DNA from: an uncultured Planctomycetaceae bacterium
Lineage (GTDB): Bacteria; Planctomycetota; Planctomycetia; Isosphaerales; Isosphaeraceae
Reading direction: 5' to 3'
NCBI GenBank assembly: GCA_963833985.1
Contig: CAWIAD010000002.1
Coordinates: 2,080,001 to 2,144,000 of the forward strand
Length of the DNA stretch: 64,000 nt
Shown in pieces: positions 10,716 to 20,103 of the stretch. The translations under genes were made by a program, and so were the position numbers. Below the pieces are notes generated by a model, which worked only from the letters and a program-made list of their open reading frames with translations, was not told the origin of the DNA and did not search any database. The first letter of the stretch is position 1; every line of letters begins with the position of its first letter.

Positions 10716-13700
10716 TCAATCGGTTTGTTGAGTTTTCAGTCGATCGACAAGCTGAGTCCCCTTGCCCAGGTCTGCCGCCTGCAATTCTTCAACTCTCCAT
10801 GGCGGGGCCGCCTCTCTCAATCGACGCCGGATGAAACGGTCCCTTCGGTAACGCTGTCCCGTGTGGAAGGCAGCACCGTCGATGTAGATGGCGAGACGTC
10901 TCTCCGGCACAGCGAAATCGGCCACTGAGATCGGCCCTTCTGAATCAGACGGGCCAATTGGCACTTGCTTCATCGGCGTGAAGCCATGTTGCTCGAAGAG
11001 TCTCAGGAACTTCAGTTCGAGCGGTGAGCCAACACCAGCCTCGAAGGCTTCGAGCCAGGGCCGTGGATCTTCGATGTCCCCTGTCTCCAGCCGACGGGAT
11101 TTCGGTTCGAGGTGAGCCAGCTCTTCCAGGACGTCCATGACCTGGGGCCATTTCAAGGACTCGTGGAACCGCTGGTTCTGATAAGACTTCAAACACCGAT
11201 AACAAGCCGTTTCGCAATCCGGGTGATCCAGATGCTCGATCGTCCTGCGAGCAACCGAGTGGAACTCGTCGGCAATCCTCCGAAGGTAGCCCGATCCTCC
11301 CAGGCTGGGATCGACGAACGCCAGGGAGATCATGTTGTACTGTCTCCCCAGGTCGGAGTGGAGCCATGGCCCCTCCATCTCGAAGTCAAGTTCATTGGCC
11401 CCCAGCATGCAGTAGTGCTGCATTCCGTATAACAGTGAGTAGCCAAGCGAAAGTCCCCAGGAGAGCCATTGATCGTCATCGAGGACTTGCGGCACCGGAA
11501 GCAAGAGGCGAAGTATCTCAGCCTGTCCCGCAGTCGTGATTGCCAACGGGGTCGGATTCTCCGCTCTTCTAGGGCAGGCGTCGCTATGCCCATTGTTGTC
11601 GTGAGGTCCCTGGTTGCCTGCCGCTCTGCGACGTCCGCCTCTCGGCTCTCGTTCGACCGGTGGTTGGGTCAAAATTCGGCCACACGAGGGGCAGAGCAAG
11701 TATCCCTTTGCCTCAGTGTGCAGAACGGCGACCCCTTGCTCGATCTCCCGGGGAGACGGTGTCTTCCCCTCATTAAGCCAGCGAACCCCCTCGTTCTGAC
11801 ACAATCGGAGGGCCCAGCCGGTCCCGATTGTCCAGCGTGCTACGACATTGCCGTCCCATTGAGGGTGGGTCCTGACCAGATTTCGCTCGGCGTAGCGTTC
11901 TTCCTCATCGAGGACGGGGTTCTCATTCCGAGCGGCGACAAATCCCGCGAACTCGTACGAGGGGAATGCTCTCCCAGGTGCGGAATGTCCACAGCGGGGA
12001 CACTTTGGTTCATCCGCGTGGTAACGGAGGTTGCAGGCATTGCATAGACGATATGACCAACTTGGTCCCTCGCTCTTCGGATTCCATGGCGAAGATGTGT
12101 CGAGGCCAATGACCTTCCAGCGTCGAGTGCGAGCATAGACGCTGGCTTCAGGTTGGAACTGGCCGATCCCAAAGCGTCGGGTCACGGTAACCGGGTCGTC
12201 CTCGTGGGCATCGCCTAAGAGTCGCAGAGAGGCTGGTTCGGTCGGGAACTCATAACCTGGTAGAATTCCGAACTCGGCGAAGCGGCGGAGCGGATACCCC
12301 GCGGATCGGTCATCGGCTTCAACTCCGCCCCTCTGCTGATCATTCGGCATGCCGAGCAACCGGCTGATGAGATTCCCAGCCTGCATCGCGGAATACGGGT
12401 GGTCGAGTCCCTCGGCGTAGGTCGCGACGGTTTGATGAAGCTGGGCAACCTGATAGGCGGTGCATTCGATCACATATTTGATCTTCTCGGGTAATCGCTC
12501 CAGTTGTTCGCGGAGTTGCTCTGGTTCCCATCGCACCACAGCAAGGACGTCGGCTTTCCACGCCTCGTTGGCGACTGCGAGGGCGTGGTCGATTTGGGCC
12601 TTCACGGCCTCGATCAGTGCGTTGACGGCGTCCCATTTGACCTCACCCTTGGGACTGACATAGTCAAACATTCTCCCGGCCAATCCCGGCTCCGCTGCAC
12701 CAAAGACGATTGCGTTCAGATGGCGGATCAGCACGTCTCGGTTGCCGAGTGAGACAGCCGGAGCGGGCACTTCACCAGCGATCATCTCCCGCGGCTTATC
12801 GAAGAAATACTGATCATGCGGCGTGCTGCGTGAGTAACTGACCACTAGCCCCACTCGCGATCGTCTACCGGCACGTCCGCCACGCTGAGCATAATTATCC
12901 GGACGGGGCGGTATGTTCCTCATGATGACTGCGTCAAGGCCGCCAACGTCGATTCCCATCTCGAGAGTCGGCGAGCACGCGAGAACGTTGACTGGTGAGA
13001 CTTCCGGCGGTGCTTTGAAGTTTTCCTCCAGCTTCGCCCGATCACCGGTCGTGATCTGGGCTGTGTGCTCACCTGCCACAAGTGGGACGGCCTCGGGTTT
13101 GCGAATGTGTCTCACCCAGCGGCTCTCGGCGACATCACTGTCCGACCATCGGACGAACTTGCCATGGCACCGTGGACAAGGCGACCGGGGACTTACACCC
13201 GAACGTGCATGGCCACAAACGTCGCAATGGAATCGTCCGTCTTCCTTCAGAAGTTCCAGCTTGACGACATCGGCATTGAGCTGAATGAGCTTGGCCCTCT
13301 GGCTGGCACCACAGAGGTCGACTGCGGTGAGAAAATTGCCACGTTTAAGGAACATGAGAAGCTCAACCATGAGGTTCTCGGTCGGCTCTTGCGTGCCGAA
13401 TCGATCACAGAGGTGTCGAAGGATCGCCTCCAAGCTTGGAGCTCGGCCTCCTGTCCCGGGTCTCCTCCAGGCATTATGGCACCGAATCCCAAAGGGGATC
13501 TCGGCCGCGTTGATGTACGGGAGTGGATTCCCCGCATCGTCCGCGGGATATCCCTGAGGCTGGGCGATCCGGCGTTCCCACTCGGCTTCCCTGAAAAACT
13601 TCGGGCAAGCAGGGTGTCGAGGGTGGTATCGAAGCATGTCGCGAGAGAGGGCCGCCCGCGTGCGGAACTCATCGAGGAAGACCAGGAGGATGTGCTCCAG

Positions 13701-16043
13701 GTTCTCTGGAGTGACCCCGAGCCGTTGCATCAAGTCTCCGCCCCTCGTTTTCACGTACTCGTCAAGGCGATGGTATCGGATACCAGCCAAACCGAGGTTA
13801 AAGAGCGTGGCACGATATCCGGCTGTGACGGCGATCTCGTCGAGGAGTGGTGCTTCCTCCCAGGCCTGAATCCGTTCCAGTGCTGCGTCCGGAACCCAGT
13901 CTGTATGCTCTGGAACGTGAGGATTGTCGTGATGAGTGACGGCCTCTTCTCGAAGCAGCTCGACGGCTCTCTGAAGTGTCAGAGCCGGCTCTGATTCGAG
14001 GATCTTCATGATCAGTCGTCTCATCCGATCGTAGCGGCTCGCGAACTGGATGAAACGGGCCTGGTGAGCCGCGTCTTGGCGGCTATCACTGAAAACGAGC
14101 AGCCGTTCCTTTCCGTCGTGATTCGGGTTTGACTGATTAAGTTCAGCAAGAATCTCAACAAGTCCCTCACCGAGCACTTTGACCGCAGCCGATGTCCCGA
14201 GACTGACCGGTGTGATGATGTTATGGCTTCCGCCCGGTTTGCCGCAGCAGACGCAGCGAGTACGTGCAGGGACAAGGGTCACGTTGAGCGAATAGCAGCT
14301 CGGGTCGCGGCTGAATTTCAAAGTCCATGGATCGAGCGAGCCATTCAAAATGGGGCGTTGACGGACCTGCTCAGGCATACGGTTCGGTCTGCGGGCTCGT
14401 GGCCTTTGAGGTGCGTCCTCTTCGTCCTGGTCATCATCTTCCGTCACCCCTCGGCTCTCGAACCGATCAGGCTGGTAGATCATCCATTCCGGACCATCAG
14501 TCTCAACTGCACTCGGTCGCAATGTTTCGTTTCCATCGTCCAGATCGCCGACGACGCGAAGATAGTCGGCCCCGCAATTGCGGCACAAATAGAGAGGAGC
14601 CGTGAGGAAATGGCACTCCTGACAATGCTCCTCTCCCATGGGATAGACTTTCCCACACGAGGGGTTCGTGCACCGGTGGAACTTCCAGCCTCCCCTGACA
14701 AAGCGGTGCGTACGAAGGCGAAGTTCCCCCGTAACCTCATCCGGAAGGGCGGCACCAAGGACGAGAGCCGATTCCACTTCCGCATTCAGGAGGTCATCAG
14801 CAACATCGCGTCGGTCGGCCACCTCGGACCGGACTTGCTGGACAATCTGGCTCAGGGACATCGGCCTTTTGATGAGCCAGTGGTTCATGTCCCAGAGCAA
14901 TCGATACCGGCGAACGGCATCGGCGAGCGGTGTGTCCAAGGGGAGGTTGGCAAGGCGACACAGCGATGAGCGGACGACCTCGGGATCGGAAAGGTCGAGC
15001 AATTTCAGGTCGACCGAGCCGGGTGATGGCGGGTAAAGAGCCTCGCTCGGGATCTCGATTTCCTGTAGCTCCTCACCGAGAACGCGGATTGTGGACGTCT
15101 GAACGCCGGTCAGGATACTGAAGAACTCTTGGACCGCCTGGTCGCGTACCTGAATCACTTGCTCCTGGGGTAGCCCCTCCTCGTCCATGCTTTTGATGGT
15201 CGCCGATGTGCCCACTGGGACAAGCAGGGGAAACCGACGAGACTGCTCATCAGCGGAGACCTCAACTCGCCAATCTTGCCGAGCACGGGCCAGGTGGGTC
15301 TTGAGACGCCGAACCAAGAGGGCGATGTTGCTGCCGAGGATCCCTCTGTAGGTGTGAACTTCGTCGAGCACAAGAAATCGGCAGCGATGATTGGCGAAGA
15401 TCCCCTCGCGGTCTGCGGGCCTGACGAGCAGGTATTCCAGCATCATGTAGTTGGTCAAGAGGATATGCGGCGGGTTCCGACGCATCTCCTCCCGCTTGGC
15501 CTGCGATGTTCCTCGATCGTATTGTTCGACGCGAATTGCCCCCGCGAGACCAGATGCGGAGAGGTAGTCCTCGATCCTCTGCTTCTGGTCATTTGCCAGG
15601 GCATTCATCGGATAAAGGAGGATAGCGGTCAGCCCGGCTCTGGTGTAGCGGGTGGCATCCTCGAATGCATTCTGTATCACTGGGAGGAGGAATGCCTCGG
15701 TCTTGCCGCTCCCGGTCCCCGTAGTGATCACGACCGGGACGGGCTGAGGTCCGAGTAGTTCCTCAATCGCCTCGGATTGGTGGATATAGGCTCGTCGCTG
15801 CAGTGTCCTGGCTTCCATCACCTCGGCCAGCTTCCTGTCGAGAGGCAATTCAGTCCATAGCTTGCCCTGTTTGAAGGGGCGATGAGCCTGGTAGAACGGC
15901 TCCTGGGCGAGGAATCGAGGAGCATCTAGCTCGCGTTCGAGTGCGGATCGCAACTCGGGATCCTTGGCCCGAAACTCGGTCCTCAGATAGTCGCGGTATT
16001 CTTGAATGACGTGATCCAGGGCTCGGATCGGGTGAAGGGCCAT
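10716..16043 (-). CDS. YprA/DUF1998-family DEAD/DEAH helicase with Zn fingers and C-terminal Vsr/DUF559-like nuclease
   Basis: TGTGSGKTE, YPMNALANDQ, DEVH, TLEMGIDVG, QRGGRAGR, DUF1998 CETACYRCL, ADFA..IYIDGAAFH; probable ATG at 16043. Confidence 0.9.
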   Translation of the reverse strand: MALHPIRALDHVIQEYRDYLRTEFRAKDPELRSALERELDAPRFLAQEPFYQAHRPFKQGKLWTELPLDRKLAEVMEARTLQRRAYIHQSEAIEELLGPQPVPVVITTGTGSGKTEAFLLPVIQNAFEDATRYTRAGLTAILLYPMNALANDQKQRIEDYLSASGLAGAIRVEQYDRGTSQAKREEMRRNPPHILLTNYMMLEYLLVRPADREGIFANHRCRFLVLDEVHTYRGILGSNIALLVRRLKTHLARARQDWRVEVSADEQSRRFPLLVPVGTSATIKSMDEEGLPQEQVIQVRDQAVQEFFSILTGVQTSTIRVLGEELQEIEIPSEALYPPSPGSVDLKLLDLSDPEVVRSSLCRLANLPLDTPLADAVRRYRLLWDMNHWLIKRPMSLSQIVQQVRSEVADRRDVADDLLNAEVESALVLGAALPDEVTGELRLRTHRFVRGGWKFHRCTNPSCGKVYPMGEEHCQECHFLTAPLYLCRNCGADYLRVVGDLDDGNETLRPSAVETDGPEWMIYQPDRFESRGVTEDDDQDEEDAPQRPRARRPNRMPEQVRQRPILNGSLDPWTLKFSRDPSCYSLNVTLVPARTRCVCCGKPGGSHNIITPVSLGTSAAVKVLGEGLVEILAELNQSNPNHDGKERLLVFSDSRQDAAHQARFIQFASRYDRMRRLIMKILESEPALTLQRAVELLREEAVTHHDNPHVPEHTDWVPDAALERIQAWEEAPLLDEIAVTAGYRATLFNLGLAGIRYHRLDEYVKTRGGDLMQRLGVTPENLEHILLVFLDEFRTRAALSRDMLRYHPRHPACPKFFREAEWERRIAQPQGYPADDAGNPLPYINAAEIPFGIRCHNAWRRPGTGGRAPSLEAILRHLCDRFGTQEPTENLMVELLMFLKRGNFLTAVDLCGASQRAKLIQLNADVVKLELLKEDGRFHCDVCGHARSGVSPRSPCPRCHGKFVRWSDSDVAESRWVRHIRKPEAVPLVAGEHTAQITTGDRAKLEENFKAPPEVSPVNVLACSPTLEMGIDVGGLDAVIMRNIPPRPDNYAQRGGRAGRRSRVGLVVSYSRSTPHDQYFFDKPREMIAGEVPAPAVSLGNRDVLIRHLNAIVFGAAEPGLAGRMFDYVSPKGEVKWDAVNALIEAVKAQIDHALAVANEAWKADVLAVVRWEPEQLREQLERLPEKIKYVIECTAYQVAQLHQTVATYAEGLDHPYSAMQAGNLISRLLGMPNDQQRGGVEADDRSAGYPLRRFAEFGILPGYEFPTEPASLRLLGDAHEDDPVTVTRRFGIGQFQPEASVYARTRRWKVIGLDTSSPWNPKSEGPSWSYRLCNACNLRYHADEPKCPRCGHSAPGRAFPSYEFAGFVAARNENPVLDEEERYAERNLVRTHPQWDGNVVARWTIGTGWALRLCQNEGVRWLNEGKTPSPREIEQGVAVLHTEAKGYLLCPSCGRILTQPPVEREPRGGRRRAAGNQGPHDNNGHSDACPRRAENPTPLAITTAGQAEILRLLLPVPQVLDDDQWLSWGLSLGYSLLYGMQHYCMLGANELDFEMEGPWLHSDLGRQYNMISLAFVDPSLGGSGYLRRIADEFHSVARRTIEHLDHPDCETACYRCLKSYQNQRFHESLKWPQVMDVLEELAHLEPKSRRLETGDIEDPRPWLEAFEAGVGSPLELKFLRLFEQHGFTPMKQVPIGPSDSEGPISVADFAVPERRLAIYIDGAAFHTGQRYRRDRFIRRRLREAAPPWRVEELQAADLGKGTQLVDRLKTQQTD

Positions 16044-16094
16044 GGTACCAATCTCCACTTCGAGACGCCGGAACACTATTTGTTTGGACGGGCT

Positions 16095-17066
16095 TTAATT
16101 GTTGCGTAACCGCTCGTTCTCAGGCCGTAGGGCGTCGTTGAAAGCCTCGAGCTTCCCAACTGGGTGACGGCGAACTACGATCATAGCAAGCCGGACAGCT
16201 TCAGGATTACTCTCGGCGACCCACGGTCGATGAGTCTGGTAATTTGGGGGTTGTTCTTCCAGGAGCTTATCGTAGGCTTCTCGGGGACCGAAACCTGGTT
16301 CGCTCAACTTATCTACAATTCTCTCTGTGTAGTATTGTGCCAGGCCTTCAACCAATCCATTGTCACTCTTTGCGAAACTTCGGTCGCTCCAAGATCCCCC
16401 ATTTGCGTCGCTGCCACGGTGCGTGTAGGCGTGGGCTTGCTCATGAGCCAAGACGACGGACGTGAGGTCTTCAATACCAACCCGGAGCTCGTCGGCCACA
16501 AGTCCTATCACTTGCCAGTAGATCTCGATTCGAGGAACCTTCTCTCCTCGGCTCTCCTCGGCTGGTGAGTTCGAGAAGATATACGCTCCCAAGGTATCAT
16601 GACCGCTCTGGAGGATGAGCCTCACGAGGTTGACACCAGAGCTCCTCTCAAGGAGATCGTCTATCAAGCTGATAACTGGTGGGATGTTCTCGTCCCTCTT
16701 ATTAACGAGCCGCCTTCCCTGCTCGTTGGACAATAATGACTCCACCAGATCCGTGATTCGTTCAAGGCCGTGTCTCGTGAGACGCAAGATCGATCGATAT
16801 GTAGCGATATGGACCGCGAGCGGGTCGACATCCTCGATCCGAAAGAAGTGGAGATACTCGGGGACTCCAGGCTTTATTAGCACGGGGACGTTTACGTTCT
16901 CCTTTCGGCGATTCTCGAGAGTCCGATTCCGCTGTTTCTTCAGCAGCCGAGACTCCCGTCGCAGAAAGTCCTGGATCTTCGGTTTCAAGTTGCGACAACA
17001 TTTCTCGACGATCGCCTCGGACTCATCAGGAACACCTTTGAGCAGATCCTCGATACTGATGCCCAT
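16095..17066 (-). CDS. Zincin-type metallopeptidase-like protein
   Basis: VLAHEQAHAY (HExxH) with downstream EGLAQY third ligand. Confidence 0.65.
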   Translation of the reverse strand: MGISIEDLLKGVPDESEAIVEKCCRNLKPKIQDFLRRESRLLKKQRNRTLENRRKENVNVPVLIKPGVPEYLHFFRIEDVDPLAVHIATYRSILRLTRHGLERITDLVESLLSNEQGRRLVNKRDENIPPVISLIDDLLERSSGVNLVRLILQSGHDTLGAYIFSNSPAEESRGEKVPRIEIYWQVIGLVADELRVGIEDLTSVVLAHEQAHAYTHRGSDANGGSWSDRSFAKSDNGLVEGLAQYYTERIVDKLSEPGFGPREAYDKLLEEQPPNYQTHRPWVAESNPEAVRLAMIVVRRHPVGKLEAFNDALRPENERLRNN

Positions 17067-17147
17067 TCCTCACCCCTCCAGTTGCATTGCCAGAAACAAG
17101 CACGATCGGTAGCCCTTCAGTAGAACTTGGCGTCGGTTTGGCCTCGA

Positions 17148-18977
17148 TCATTCATGGACTGAAGTGCTGTTCCCTGTCAGCGGCCCGCCGAACTCACGCA
17201 AGACTTCCTCGGAGTCACGACCCGCGACAGCCTTGCCCATTGCCCCTTCGATCAAGTCAAGCAATCGTCGAGCCCGGTCTCGGATGAACTCCTCGAAACC
17301 GTCAGACCGCAGCAGAGCGGGATCGATCTGATGGCTCTGAAGGATTTCATCGAGGCGGGTTCTGGGCATATGGTGGTTTTGCTCGATCGACTTCAGGTAG
17401 GAGCTCGGGGCCTTACCCCCGATAATTCGATTCGACCTGGCAGAGAGCGGGGCCTTGTTGACGGCACTGTTCCAGTGGCTCCTGCGGTACTTCTGCTTCT
17501 CGCAAAAGGCTTTGGGAAAAATGTGGTGGATATCGATATTCATGTCGAAGTAAGCGGCTATCTCGATGGAATCGCCGCTCAAGAAGTCGTGACTTCCCTC
17601 CTTCATGAGCAGGGCCATAAGACCCTTGTAAGCCGCACTGAGACGGGACTGAAGGGTGAGCAACCTCGTTGGGCTGAACGACGCATCGCGGATTGTGCGA
17701 GGCGAGTCACCACCATGGATCCAGGCGATGACATCAGGGACATCGAGTGCGAAGCGAGTCTCGTTGGCTCCGCCGTAGAGCTCGCCAAAAACGCCAGACC
17801 AGAACCATTGAGCCAGCTTCTTGTGGACGGTGTCCTCGTCAAACCCCTTGTCGATGATGGCACAAATGGAAGCGAGGGGAATAAGTTGGGTTGAGTAAGG
17901 AAGAGACTTCGTGTCAAGGACCTTCTGGCGGGTGAGGAATCTCGCGGTCTTCTTCAGGCCCCGCTCTATGGCGTCGGCGTTCTCCTGGTATTCAGCGAGG
18001 CTGAGCTTCAACACGTCCCGCCGCTTGCACGAGACGGCCAGTTCGGGGTGTAGAGTCGCTCTTTTGTAGCTCGTCAACAGAGTCACCGCGGTCAGGAAAG
18101 CCGTTGCGTCGAGCTCCTCTAGGACCTGGTGCTCATTGATGCGGTTCTTCCGCTTCTCCCAGTCGCTTCGGAGATTGAAATTGTCGGCAGCAAAGATCGC
18201 GGTAACAAGTTCGAAGACGGTAAGCGTAACACCGCCCGTGTTGACCTTCTCGAAAACCTGGCAAACAGCTTCCTTGGGCGTATCCCGAAGAAGCTCGATC
18301 GTCGGGATGCGATAATCCTGGAACCGCTTGAAGACTTCGATTTCGAATCGTTGTATGCGGGCAATTCGCAGGTGATCGCCTTGAAATCGCGTTTCATACC
18401 CGTGCCGCCATTCAAAATAGCGAGAATGGTCGAAGATCGCTTCCAGAGGGAAGTACCCCTGCTCGTACTCCTTTTCAACCGAGCTGAGATCAAGCTCGAC
18501 CTTGCGTCCGAAATCGGAAGTGATCTTACGGTCTGATGGCAAAGAAAGGACGGCATCGATGCGGTCCTCGCCTTCGGCGAGGCACTTGGCGATGTCGAGA
18601 TAGTAAAAACGGTGGATCGGGTCGCCCTTCTCGGTTCGCGTGGGAACGGGTTTCCCGCTGACCAGGGCGAGAAAGAGCGATGTCATTCTCTGCTGACCAT
18701 CGAGGATGAGCCGATCGGGCTTCTTGCTGGGATTGGCCGAGACCCCCTCGACCAGTCTGGGCTGGAATTGAGCCCCGTCCCCACCGGTCTGCAACAGCAT
18801 CACTGCCCCGATTGGATAGGACATTGAAATGCTTGCAATCAAAGACCGAATGTGATCATCGTCCCAGACCCAGCCACGTTGAAAATCGGGCAGTTGGATG
18901 TCGGCCGACTGGATCTCCCTGAGAAGATCAGGAAGCGATGGTTCACCGGATCTGAATGTGCTGTTAATGGCGGGCAT
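17148..18977 (-). CDS. GmrSD-type (DUF262 + DUF1524/HNH) modification-dependent restriction protein
   Basis: LPDFQRGWVW, ILDGQQR, FEKVNTGG, DIHHIFP...N; probable ATG at 18977. Confidence 0.9.
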   Translation of the reverse strand: MPAINSTFRSGEPSLPDLLREIQSADIQLPDFQRGWVWDDDHIRSLIASISMSYPIGAVMLLQTGGDGAQFQPRLVEGVSANPSKKPDRLILDGQQRMTSLFLALVSGKPVPTRTEKGDPIHRFYYLDIAKCLAEGEDRIDAVLSLPSDRKITSDFGRKVELDLSSVEKEYEQGYFPLEAIFDHSRYFEWRHGYETRFQGDHLRIARIQRFEIEVFKRFQDYRIPTIELLRDTPKEAVCQVFEKVNTGGVTLTVFELVTAIFAADNFNLRSDWEKRKNRINEHQVLEELDATAFLTAVTLLTSYKRATLHPELAVSCKRRDVLKLSLAEYQENADAIERGLKKTARFLTRQKVLDTKSLPYSTQLIPLASICAIIDKGFDEDTVHKKLAQWFWSGVFGELYGGANETRFALDVPDVIAWIHGGDSPRTIRDASFSPTRLLTLQSRLSAAYKGLMALLMKEGSHDFLSGDSIEIAAYFDMNIDIHHIFPKAFCEKQKYRRSHWNSAVNKAPLSARSNRIIGGKAPSSYLKSIEQNHHMPRTRLDEILQSHQIDPALLRSDGFEEFIRDRARRLLDLIEGAMGKAVAGRDSEEVLREFGGPLTGNSTSVHE

Positions 18978-19026
18978 TTTCCTACTCTTATTTGTGGCGA
19001 GTCTTGTGGGCGTTCTCAGCCGTTGT

Positions 19027-20100
19027 TCACCTGCTTGAATCCGCAGGACGTGAAGTGGCAATCAGACGAGCTTCGCCGGAGATGCTCGTAGATACAACGT
19101 GCCACCTACGCTGATCGTCTGTCTCATCCTCGTCGATAGTCAACATTGCTGGCCATTCTCCATCCAACTCGCGGGTCAATCTGTCCTCCATGTCTTGTTT
19201 TCCGAGGACGCTTTGCCAGAGCTCCTCACCTGGATTGAATAACTGACCCAGTGCGTCTATTGCCGGTTGCCCACCGAGAAGGTGTTCAAGGAGCGACAGT
19301 CCTACAACTGGCTCGCCTGGCACGAAAGGCTCCCCTTCGGAATCACCGAGTGGAGTGGGACGTGACCACAATCGAGTGGAAAGCTCCCAGAGACCTGATC
19401 GGAAGGTTGCCCAAGACAAAGCGATTATGTCCATATGGCAACGAGTAACAAGCACCTGATCCAAGGGGACCGGCGAGTCCGGCGAAACAGGCTTAATTAT
19501 TGATTCTGCTGGAGCCGCGGAGTCGGAGAGTGGCAAGAGCCGAACGGAGTCTGGAAGACCACGGCGTAGTGTTTCAGCAGGAGTCCAAGTCAGGCACTGT
19601 TGATACCAGTCCAACATTTCACCCTGAAGTCGATGGACTCCGAGCTCGACAAGGTCACGCAATCGCAAACGAGGAAGTACCGGAAGCATCACTTGGCGTT
19701 CCGGCCAATAGCAGAGCAGTCGCCGTGTGCGACGCCAGATGGGAGGGCCTACGTCCTCGGAGCTGAAACGTGGGGCCCCTTTGGGGATGGTCCACCGACC
19801 GGCTGAATCAACTGTCAGGCCCCCGAGAAGTTGAATGTTGCCTAGAATCAGTTCTACTACCGGGTCCGGAAGATGAAGCAGTACTGCGATCTGCTCTGAT
19901 GTTGGCTGACCGAGGAGCGAAACCGCTTCTTGGATGAAACCGCGGAGCGGGTTATGAGGCGGTGGAGATCCTGCGAGGATAGGGGTTTCGAATAGAACGA
20001 CGTCGAGCGGGTCCGGGGCAATCGCCAAGATCATGCGGCCCACGGTCTCGTCTACTTTCCGAAGAAGTCGCTCTACTATCCGCCAACGCTCCGGTCGCAT
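19027..20100 (-). CDS. Hypothetical protein with winged-HTH-like N-terminal region
   Basis: TSEQIAVLLHLPDPVVELILGNI HTH-like pattern; starts 3 nt after helicase stop. Confidence 0.5.
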   Translation of the reverse strand: MRPERWRIVERLLRKVDETVGRMILAIAPDPLDVVLFETPILAGSPPPHNPLRGFIQEAVSLLGQPTSEQIAVLLHLPDPVVELILGNIQLLGGLTVDSAGRWTIPKGAPRFSSEDVGPPIWRRTRRLLCYWPERQVMLPVLPRLRLRDLVELGVHRLQGEMLDWYQQCLTWTPAETLRRGLPDSVRLLPLSDSAAPAESIIKPVSPDSPVPLDQVLVTRCHMDIIALSWATFRSGLWELSTRLWSRPTPLGDSEGEPFVPGEPVVGLSLLEHLLGGQPAIDALGQLFNPGEELWQSVLGKQDMEDRLTRELDGEWPAMLTIDEDETDDQRRWHVVSTSISGEARLIATSRPADSSR

Positions 20101-20103
20101 CCG

